Assembly (NCBI GenBank): GCA_036351155.1
Contig: JAZBOO010000302.1
Coordinates: 1 to 13,125 of the forward strand
Length of the DNA stretch: 13,125 bases
DNA from: Candidatus Krumholzibacteriia bacterium
GTDB lineage: Bacteria; Krumholzibacteriota; Krumholzibacteriia; LZORAL124-64-63
Direction of reading: 5' to 3'
Of the stretch, positions 1 to 6,874 are shown piece after piece. The notes beneath the pieces were generated by a model, which was not told where the DNA came from, searched no databases, and saw only the letters and a program-made list of their open reading frames with translations. The position numbers and the translations under genes were made by a program. The stretch's first letter is position 1. Each line of letters opens with the position of its first letter.

Positions 1-769
1 CCTCCGCATAGTCGAGATCCCAGTCCAGGCTCCGGCCATAACTGATCAGAATACCATTGCAGGATCCGGTGACATTGCCCGGTTCTCCAGGATCGGTGGG
101 GCCGCTGACAGCCACCACATCGATATCACCCCAGACGTCCTGAATGGTCTGGAACTCCTCGGCCGCGGGCCAGATCAGATCAGCGGCCACCGTGGCGCTG
201 GTGTCTGTCGTGAAGAAGGAGAACCGGTAGTAATTCCTCTGGATCGCATCTTCCTGGTCGACATACTGCACATCGACATAGCCCTGGACCACGTACTTAT
301 CGGCACCTTCGGCCGTGGTCCAGGCAAACTCCAGAGCCTCATTCAATTCCAGGTAGAGATCGCTTTCCCCAGCCACTTCGTTCTCACCTGGCAAGGTGAT
401 GGTCCCGACACCTGGATCGCTCCCGGCCCCGAAGCTCACTTCCATGGACACCTGGTTGTTCACATCGGGAGTGCAATCTCCCATGAATCCAACACCCCCG
501 CCGTAGAAGGAAAACTCAGGCTCCGGGAACAGTTCCTGGCCATTCATGGTCACACCGGGCATGGTCGTGAAATTGGTGATCGAGACGGCCGCCATGGAAG
601 GATCCTCGGCGACTTTTCGCGGACCGCCCAGCCCCACGAAAGCACTGACGAAGGGCTTGCTGGCGACGGTGGTGGTCGTGGGGTTGTCGTCATCGTCACA
701 GCCGGCCAGGAACACCATCGGCACGACCGCCAGGCTGAAGAGCAACAGGTAGAGCGCGGACTTTTTCAT
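1..769 (-). CDS. Hypothetical lipoprotein, 3' end truncated by window edge (at least 256 aa)
   Basis: Manual minus-strand translation from ATG at 769 is open to position 1: MKKSALYLLLFSLAVVPMVFLAGC-DDDDNPTTTTVASKPF...AWTTAEGADKYVVQ...DWDLDYAE. GGAGG RBS at 778-774. Signal peptide II with lipobox LAGC (Cys24 at 700-698). Confidence 0.88.
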   Translation of the reverse strand, partial: MKKSALYLLLFSLAVVPMVFLAGCDDDDNPTTTTVASKPFVSAFVGLGGPRKVAEDPSMAAVSITNFTTMPGVTMNGQELFPEPEFSFYGGGVGFMGDCTPDVNNQVSMEVSFGAGSDPGVGTITLPGENEVAGESDLYLELNEALEFAWTTAEGADKYVVQGYVDVQYVDQEDAIQRNYYRFSFFTTDTSATVAADLIWPAAEEFQTIQDVWGDIDVVAVSGPTDPGEPGNVTGSCNGILISYGRSLDWDLDYAE

Positions 770-1107
770 GATTCCTCCATGCATAGGTTCGACTTGTGTG
801 GTTCCCCCGTGGAACCGTTCCGGAATAGCGCGCACAGTGCATGAACCGGGCCGACCCACGGCGGAGAATGCCCCCGGTTGCCTGGCGAATCATTGGGGCC
901 AGAAGTGGCTCAAACCCCGTTTTCGGTCAGGGTTTTTCATTTTCACCTTCTCCACAAGTCATTGCAAATCAATAGGGTAATTTCGTCATTGGGGAAAAAT
1001 CTGCCGAAGGACGGTAGTTTTTCTTACTTACATTGCCGGGTCATCGTAACTTGTGAGTCTCCTGTCCCAGAGTCCCTATGCTTTGACTTTTTGCCTCGGA
1101 GTTCGCC

Positions 1108-1482
1108 ATGACCAGAATCGAACCCACCGTTGCCCTGCGCCGCAGAACCGAGGTCTTCACCAATCAGAGCTCCCTGGTGGAACAGCTGGAACGCGTACGG
1201 GAAAAAATCCTGCTGGCCTCCGATCAGCTTTTTCATCCCGATTGTGACCGCGAGTATCTGCTGCGGCTGGGGAAATTGCGGGTTTCGGAGTTTCTGGAAG
1301 ATGGCCGGGAAGTGACCCGCGCTGTCCTTCAGGCCGGCGGCGCGGTCACGGTGACGGGCTCCCCGGTCCATGGCGACAATCCCGCCACCGATGTATATAA
1401 TCTTCCGGACCTGGTGCTCATGGCCCTGGGTGAAACCGAGCTGTGGTCGTTGCCACCAGGCAGCCTCAAGGACCACATCTGA
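1108..1482 (+). CDS. 124-aa protein resembling a stand-alone, degenerate cyclic-nucleotide-binding (Crp/Fnr N-terminal) domain
   Basis: GGAG RBS at 1098-1101. YLLRLGKLRVSEFLEDGREVTRAVLQAG follows the Crp-family pattern Y-x-I-x-x-G-x-V-K-V...EDGRE-x-x-L-x-x-L-x-x-G, and MALGETELWSLP resembles the closing A-L-E-D-S-E-L-x-x-I-P strand. No HTH. The family call is by eye only. Confidence 0.6.
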   Translation: MTRIEPTVALRRRTEVFTNQSSLVEQLERVREKILLASDQLFHPDCDREYLLRLGKLRVSEFLEDGREVTRAVLQAGGAVTVTGSPVHGDNPATDVYNLPDLVLMALGETELWSLPPGSLKDHI

Positions 1483-1508
1483 ACGCAAACAATTGCAGGA
1501 GATATCAG

Positions 1509-3092
1509 ATGGCCGCATCCCAGAAGGCAGCCCCGAAAGTCGTGCTTTGCATTCTCGATGGCGTGGGACATCGCACCGGACCCGGCAGCGAAGTGGGCAA
1601 CGCCGTGACTGCCGCCCAGCCCGCCTTTTACAACAGCCTCTTCGCCCGCTATCCCCACACCACCCTGTCCGCCGGTGGGCTGGATGTCGGTTTGCCGGAA
1701 GGCCAGATGGGCAACAGCGAAGTCGGTCACCTGACCATCGGGGCCGGCCGCGTGATCAACCAGGAACTGGTGCGCATTTCCCGGAGCATCGCCGGCGGCG
1801 ATTTTGCCAAGGAACCCACCTGGTCCGAGTTCATGATCGAGACCCGACGCAGCACCAACCGCCTGCACTTGCTCGGCCTGGTATCGCCTGGCGGTGTACA
1901 CTCCCACACCGACCATCTGTACGGCATCGTGGCCGCGGCCAAGGAGGCCGGTGTTCAAGAGATCTACGTCCATGCTTTCCTGGATGGACGGGACACCGAC
2001 CCCAACAGTGGCATCAGGTACGTGGCCGATCTGGTGGCCAAGCTGGATGAAATGGGGACCGGGCAGGTCGCCTCGGTTTGCGGGCGCTACTGGGCCATGG
2101 ATCGGGACAAGAGGTGGGACCGCGTGCGCCGCGCCTGGGACATGCTGGTGCATGGAAAAAGTGACGGCACCGCGCTGGACCCCGTCGAGGCCATCGACGC
2201 CTCCTACTCCGACGGCACCACCGACGAGTTCATGGAACCCACCGTGATCACCAACACCAAGGGTCAGCCCCTGGCCACCATCGCCGAAGGGGACAGTGTC
2301 TTTTTCTGGAACTTCCGGGCCGACCGGGCTCGTGAACTGACCTGGGCCTTCATGCAGAAGGATTTCCCCGGTTTTGACGTGAGTGACCGGCCGAACGTGA
2401 ACTACCTGACCATGACGCCTTACGATGAAAAACTGCCCCTGCCGGCCATGTTCCACCCTGAAGCTCCGCGCAATGGCCTGGCCGAGATCTTTGCCCGCGA
2501 AGGCATCCGCAACCTGCGCACCGCCGAGACCGAGAAGTACGCCCACGTGACTTACTTCTTCAACGGGGGCAAGGAAGAACCCTTTGCCCACGAAACCCGG
2601 GAGCTTGTGCCCTCCCCCAAGGTCGCCACCTATGACCTGCAGCCGGAAATGTCCGCGCCCGCCGTGGCCGAGGTGGTGGCGCGTGGCTGCCAGTCCGGTC
2701 TGTACGATGTGATCGTGGTCAACTTTGCCAACGGAGATATGGTCGGGCATACCGGCGTTTTCGAGGCCGCCGTCAAGGCCTTTCAGACCCTGGACCGACT
2801 CCTGAGCGAGATCATGCCCCCCAGCATTGCCGCCGGCACCACCTGGCTGGTGACCGCCGACCACGGCAACTGCGACGAGATGATCGGGTCTGACGGCAAG
2901 GTCTTGACCCAGCACTCGCTTTACCCGGTGCCCTTCATCGTGGCCGGTCAGGCGTTCGAAGGTGCCCAGGATGCCATTTCCGAGGGACCCAGGGGCCTGG
3001 CCGACATCGCTCCCACGGTCCTGCAACTCCTCGGGATTGAACAACCTACAGAGATGACCGGGCGATCTATCATCAAAAACAGTTCAAAATGA
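1509..3092 (+). CDS. gpmI: 2,3-bisphosphoglycerate-independent phosphoglycerate mutase (527 aa)
   Basis: Motifs ILDG, GQMGNSEVGH (catalytic Ser), GGVHSH, LDGRD, GRYWAMDRD, NFRADR, AETEKYAHVTYFFNGG, NGDMVGHTG, TADHGN. Start moved from 1443 to ATG 1509 because of the AGGAG RBS at 1497-1501. Confidence 0.97.
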   Translation: MAASQKAAPKVVLCILDGVGHRTGPGSEVGNAVTAAQPAFYNSLFARYPHTTLSAGGLDVGLPEGQMGNSEVGHLTIGAGRVINQELVRISRSIAGGDFAKEPTWSEFMIETRRSTNRLHLLGLVSPGGVHSHTDHLYGIVAAAKEAGVQEIYVHAFLDGRDTDPNSGIRYVADLVAKLDEMGTGQVASVCGRYWAMDRDKRWDRVRRAWDMLVHGKSDGTALDPVEAIDASYSDGTTDEFMEPTVITNTKGQPLATIAEGDSVFFWNFRADRARELTWAFMQKDFPGFDVSDRPNVNYLTMTPYDEKLPLPAMFHPEAPRNGLAEIFAREGIRNLRTAETEKYAHVTYFFNGGKEEPFAHETRELVPSPKVATYDLQPEMSAPAVAEVVARGCQSGLYDVIVVNFANGDMVGHTGVFEAAVKAFQTLDRLLSEIMPPSIAAGTTWLVTADHGNCDEMIGSDGKVLTQHSLYPVPFIVAGQAFEGAQDAISEGPRGLADIAPTVLQLLGIEQPTEMTGRSIIKNSSK

Positions 3093-3143
3093 TAACCATT
3101 TGCAACTTATTAACATTAGTCCATTCCCCTGGCTTTCATATTG

Positions 3144-3152
3144 TGCTATAAT
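3144..3152 (+). promoter_or_regulatory. Extended -10 sigma70-type promoter element
   Basis: TGCTATAAT is an exact TGnTATAAT match, lying in an AT-rich stretch after the gpmI stop. Predicted start site near 3158-3160. Confidence 0.65.
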
Positions 3153-3157
3153 TGTTC

Positions 3158-3356
3158 TCCCGGATGAGACCCGTTTTGTGGTTTTGTCCGGGACTGGTTC
3201 AGGATCTGGTTGGAAGTCCTGAACTGCACATGCATTTCCAGCTATTCGTCGGCAGCTGCGTGGTTGCCTTCATTGCTCTTTTCCACTCTCCAGGGTCCAT
3301 TCACTTGACACCGGACATCCAGAGGGAAATCGAAAGATTTCGGGGATCGCGAGCAA
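3158..3356 (+). ncRNA. Candidate structured 5' leader or small RNA of unrecognised family
   Basis: Stems 3158-3171/3180-3193 (14 bp, 3 G-U), 3195-3205/3216-3226, 3251-3257/3262-3268, and 3273-3278/3351-3356 enclosing GTCC/GGAC and a GAAATC-GAAA-GATTTC hairpin (3326-3341). Confidence 0.4.
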
Positions 3357-3387
3357 ACTTCAACTTCATGAGAAGGAGGCCGGAAGG

Positions 3388-5313
3388 ATGAAGAAGCATC
3401 TTTTTGGCGTGGCACTCTTGACGTGCCTGGTGGTCACCGGCGGCATCGCCTCCGCCCAGACCATTGACGAGATTCAGGTGTATGACGCCGAAGGGGCTCC
3501 TGCCAGTCCTTATGATGGCCAGGTCGTGACCGTCAACGGCATCATCATCGAGCGCGGCCAGTACAGCGGCGGCTCCCACTACATCCTGGACGAGTTCGGC
3601 AACGGCCTGTCCATGTACCAGAGCGGCAGCCCCGTGGCCATTGGCGACCTGGTTTCCGCCACGGGAACCGTGGGCTCCTACCAGGGTGAAATCCAGCTGG
3701 GCAGCGTCAGCTTCAGCCTGCAGTCCAGTGGCAACACCTACAGTGCCATACCCATGACCATTTCGGAAATCCTGTCCGACTACGAAAATGTCGGCATGTT
3801 CGCCTCGGCCATCGGCACGGTGGTGGAGAAGGACGGATCGAACTTCTTTTTCACCGACGGCAGCGACACCCTGCAGGTGTACATCGACAGCACCACGGGC
3901 ATTGACCTCAGTGGTGTGGACATCGGTGACACCTACCAGGTGACCAGCCCCATCGTGAACTACCTGGGCACCATCGAGATGAAGCCCCGGTTCCAGACCG
4001 ACCTGATCGAGAACCCCGGCGGCGACACCTTGCCGACCATCGCGGGCGTGAACTGCACCAACTGGGTGCCCATGGAGAACGACCCCATCACCGTCAACGC
4101 GACCATCGCCGATGACAGTGCTGTGGCCAGTGCCACGCTGTACTACCGTGACAGCAACTTCGAAGAAGTCCCCGGCGCCTGGGCCTCCGTGCCCATGAGC
4201 AACGTGGGTGGCGACTCCTGGAGCGGAATGATTCCCGCCCCTCACACCGAAGAACTGGTGGAGTTCTACCTCGAAGCCACAGATGACGGCGGCCAGACCG
4301 TGACCCTGCCCGGCAACGCGCCGGCCAGCTTCACCACCGTGGCCGTGGGCATCACGCCCATCTACGAGATGCAGTATGCTCACCCCGACAGCAACAACCA
4401 GGACTGTGCTTACAACGGCCGTTACCTGAACATTCGCGGTGTGGTCACCGTGGGCACCGGACAGAACGGCATCATCAGCCAGTTCATCGTCCAGGAGCAG
4501 AATCGTAACCCGGCCACCAACAGCTACGCCTTCGGTGCTGTGCTGGTTTACGAAAGCAGCGCTTTCGGCGAGTACTACCGGGGCGACCTGGTGGAAATCG
4601 GCGGCATGGGCGATGACTACTTCGGCCTGTCCGAGATGATCCCCCACAACGGTCTGGCCGTGAACCTGGTCGACTTCGGCCAGGATCTGCCCGAAGCCAG
4701 CCGCGTGGCCACCCGGATCCTGCGTGACGACATGCAGTCCGACGGCAACGGCGCCCTGGGCGAAGCCTGGGAAAGCGTCTGGGTCAAGACCTTCCCCGCC
4801 GCGGTGCAGGACACCATCGGCTTCGGCAATTTCACCATTGCCGACAAGGGTGTGGACAGCCTCATCGTGTCCCCCGTGGTCGAGCTGAGCTACGTGCCCA
4901 CCATCGGTGAAGTCATCACCGTGGAGAGCTTCATGCGTTACAGCTTCGGCGACTTCGTCATCGCCCCGATCAGCGACGAGTTCATCGTGCTGACGGGCCT
5001 GACGGCCGCCGACGACACGCCGACGATCGTCAAGGCCGGTGGCTTCAAGTCCATCGCCCCCAACCCGTTCAACCCCTCCACCGAGATTTCCTTCGTCGTG
5101 AACAAGGACAATCTGGTGCAGCTGAATGTGTACAACATCCGCGGCGAGAAGGTCCGGACCCTGGTCCAGGAACGTCTGCCCCAGAGCCAGTACGCCTTCA
5201 CCTGGGACGGCAAGAACGATGCGGGTCAGACCGTGGCCAGCGGCAACTACTTTGCCCGTCTGCGTCTGGGCGCCGAGGTGGTCCAGGTCCGCAAGATGAC
5301 CCTGGTCAAGTAA
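3388..5313 (+). CDS. Secreted protein with tandem OB-fold-like repeats, a central Ig-like domain and a C-terminal FlgD-Ig/T9SS type A sorting-like domain (641 aa)
   Basis: AAGGAGG RBS at 3373-3379. Signal peptide ending ASA-Q. TIDEIQ...SPYDGQVVTVNG...GDLVSATGTVGSYQG resembles the OB folds of ExeM/YhcR-type extracellular nucleases. C-terminus APNPFNPSTEISF...YNIRGEKVRTL...WDGKNDAGQTVASGNYFARL...RKMTLVK. Confidence 0.85.
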   Translation: MKKHLFGVALLTCLVVTGGIASAQTIDEIQVYDAEGAPASPYDGQVVTVNGIIIERGQYSGGSHYILDEFGNGLSMYQSGSPVAIGDLVSATGTVGSYQGEIQLGSVSFSLQSSGNTYSAIPMTISEILSDYENVGMFASAIGTVVEKDGSNFFFTDGSDTLQVYIDSTTGIDLSGVDIGDTYQVTSPIVNYLGTIEMKPRFQTDLIENPGGDTLPTIAGVNCTNWVPMENDPITVNATIADDSAVASATLYYRDSNFEEVPGAWASVPMSNVGGDSWSGMIPAPHTEELVEFYLEATDDGGQTVTLPGNAPASFTTVAVGITPIYEMQYAHPDSNNQDCAYNGRYLNIRGVVTVGTGQNGIISQFIVQEQNRNPATNSYAFGAVLVYESSAFGEYYRGDLVEIGGMGDDYFGLSEMIPHNGLAVNLVDFGQDLPEASRVATRILRDDMQSDGNGALGEAWESVWVKTFPAAVQDTIGFGNFTIADKGVDSLIVSPVVELSYVPTIGEVITVESFMRYSFGDFVIAPISDEFIVLTGLTAADDTPTIVKAGGFKSIAPNPFNPSTEISFVVNKDNLVQLNVYNIRGEKVRTLVQERLPQSQYAFTWDGKNDAGQTVASGNYFARLRLGAEVVQVRKMTLVK

Positions 5314-5371
5314 CAGTTTCGCGTTTATGCCGGCGGTCGTGCGCGGCCGCCGCAACACGGAGACGCGAAAA

Positions 5372-5410
5372 GGCCCCGGAAGATTCATTCTTCCGGGGCC
5401 GTTTTTTGTT
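5372..5410 (+). terminator. Rho-independent terminator
   Basis: Perfect 12-bp stem GGCCCCGGAAGA (5372-5383) / TCTTCCGGGGCC (5389-5400), 5-nt loop, GTTTTTTGTT tail. A run of four A upstream may allow bidirectional use. Confidence 0.9.
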
Positions 5411-5512
5411 CTATTTTGGGACGCGCTCTGGGAGACTGGGTAAACAGATTCGGGGAAACCCGCGTCCTGGTTGTTTGTAGAAAACCTGAACCCTCATCGA
5501 AACGGTAGAACC

Positions 5513-6757
5513 ATGCGCAGCCTTTCCCCCAAAACCCTTGCTTTTTATCTGGGCATGGTCTTGATGCTCGGTGCCTTTTCCGCCCTGGGTTTTTCCCGGG
5601 GACCGGAGCCCATGACCCCTGCCGAAGCAGCCCAATCCACCAATCTGTTTGCCTGGGATCTGTTCCATGACCTACAAACAGGCGAGGGCAACCTCTTCTT
5701 CTCGCCGGCCAGCATCGAGCTGGCCCTGGTCATGGCCTGGAACGGCGCGCGGGGAGAAACAGCGGCGGAAATGGCTCAGGCCCTTCGTCTGCCTGCACCA
5801 TACGTGAACGAGTTCAGCTCCGTGACCGCAGCCTTCGGCCAGCTGCAGGGCCAGGTGGTACCCCGCGATACCACCTTCACCCTGAACATCGCCAACCGCC
5901 TGTGGGGTCAGGAGGGGTACTCTTTCAAGGAATCGTTCCTGAGCGACCTGGATACTCACTTCGACGCGGGACTTCAGGAGCTGGATTTTCGCGGGGACAG
6001 CGAGAGTTCTCGGCTGACCATCAACGACTGGGTGGCCCAGAAAACCGAGCAGAAAATCGTGGATCTGCTGGCTCCCGGAACGGTGGACGCCAGCACCCGG
6101 CTGGTCCTGACCAACGCCGTCTACTTCCTGGGCAACTGGCAACACCCTTTCTCGGCGAGCGCCACCATCGACCGTCCCTTCTTCCTGGGCGACGGCACTG
6201 AAATTCGCACCTCGACCATGTATCAATTGCACTCCCTGCGCTATGCCGCCGATGGTCTGGCCCAGGTGCTGGCCCTGCCGTACAAGGGGGGCCAGGTGGA
6301 AATGTTGATCATTCTGCCCCAGGAGAAAGCGGGGCTTCCGCAGCTGGAGAAGGTCATCGATCAGAAGGTGGTCGATGGGTGGTCAACGGCCCTGGCGAAC
6401 ACCCGGGTCACCGTGCAGCTGCCCAGGTTTTCCCTGCGGGATGATTTCTCGCTGGCCAAGGTGCTGGGACGCCTGGGAATGGGCGGGGCTTTCACCTCCG
6501 GCGCCGATTTCAGCGGCATGACCGGGCGCCGGGAGCTGGCCATCAGCGACGTCATCCACAAGAGCTTCGTCGATGTGGACGAAAAGGGAACCGAAGCGGC
6601 CGCTGCCACCGCCGCCACCATGATGCTGACCAGCGCCCCCATGGAGCCCACCAAGGTGGTGGAATTCATCGCTGACCACCCCTTCCTCTTCCTGATCCGG
6701 GATGTGGACACCGGCACCATCTTGTTCCTGGGCAGGATGGCCGATCCCCGCAGCTGA
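5513..6757 (+). CDS. Serpin family serine protease inhibitor, secreted (414 aa)
   Basis: Motifs NLFFSPASIELAL, GARGET, LNIANRLW, INDWVAQKTEQKI, LVLTNAVYFLGNW, hinge EKGTEAAAAT, FIADHPFLFLIRD, ILFLGR. Hydrophobic N-terminal signal. Start ATG 5513 preferred over TTG 5471, but the SD is weak and the start is uncertain. Confidence 0.95.
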   Translation: MRSLSPKTLAFYLGMVLMLGAFSALGFSRGPEPMTPAEAAQSTNLFAWDLFHDLQTGEGNLFFSPASIELALVMAWNGARGETAAEMAQALRLPAPYVNEFSSVTAAFGQLQGQVVPRDTTFTLNIANRLWGQEGYSFKESFLSDLDTHFDAGLQELDFRGDSESSRLTINDWVAQKTEQKIVDLLAPGTVDASTRLVLTNAVYFLGNWQHPFSASATIDRPFFLGDGTEIRTSTMYQLHSLRYAADGLAQVLALPYKGGQVEMLIILPQEKAGLPQLEKVIDQKVVDGWSTALANTRVTVQLPRFSLRDDFSLAKVLGRLGMGGAFTSGADFSGMTGRRELAISDVIHKSFVDVDEKGTEAAAATAATMMLTSAPMEPTKVVEFIADHPFLFLIRDVDTGTILFLGRMADPRS

Positions 6758-6779
6758 AAAGATTTTTTGATGGATTTTC

Positions 6780-6808
6780 TGGCCGTTCCTTGCGAGCGGC
6801 CATTTTTT
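6780..6808 (+). terminator. Rho-independent terminator after the serpin gene
   Basis: 9-bp stem TGGCCGTTC (6780-6788) / GAGCGGCCA (6794-6802) with one G-U, followed by TTTTTT (6803-6808). Confidence 0.75.
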
Positions 6809-6812
6809 GTCT

Positions 6813-6855
6813 AAATTAACGTTTGAAACACTTGTTTAAATTGCTTGATTGAAAC
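6813..6855. promoter_or_regulatory. Probable TetR autoregulatory operator array
   Basis: Three tandem 13-bp units AAATTAACGTTTG / AAACACTTGTTTA / AATTGCTTGATTG followed by AAAC. The central unit is the palindrome AAAC-N4-GTTT. AT-rich and directly upstream of the TetR gene. Confidence 0.6.
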
Positions 6856-6874
6856 CTCGATCTGGAGCGTGGTC

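Noticed and set aside
1052..1067. CRP site upstream of the cNMP-like gene
   Set aside because: Only the TGTGA half-site matches. The other half is TGTCC, not TCACA.
546..1111. Short ORFs at 546-752, 696-893, 768-980 and 878-1111
   Set aside because: They are antisense or out of frame to the lipoprotein gene, or lie in the divergent promoter region, with no convincing RBS or motifs.
1443..1508. N-terminal extension of GpmI given by the ORF track
   Set aside because: It overlaps the upstream gene, and the AGGAG RBS points to ATG 1509.
1329..3044. 571-aa minus-strand ORF
   Set aside because: Antisense shadow of gpmI, expected from GC-rich codon bias, with no recognisable motifs.
3305..3310. 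Perfect TTGACA -35 element
   Set aside because: No plausible -10 hexamer 16-18 nt downstream.
3321..3360. c-di-GMP-I or glycine riboswitch
   Set aside because: A GAAA-capped hairpin is present, but the GCAAA..GACGCAAAG context and second stem of c-di-GMP-I, and the GGAGA..CCGAAG core of the glycine aptamer, are not.
3152..3391. 79-aa ORF as a leader peptide overlapping the 3388 start
   Set aside because: Its TTG start lies within the -10 element, upstream of the predicted start site, and has no RBS. An internal start cannot be fully excluded.
3301..5388. 695-aa minus-strand ORF
   Set aside because: Antisense shadow of the 641-aa secreted protein gene.
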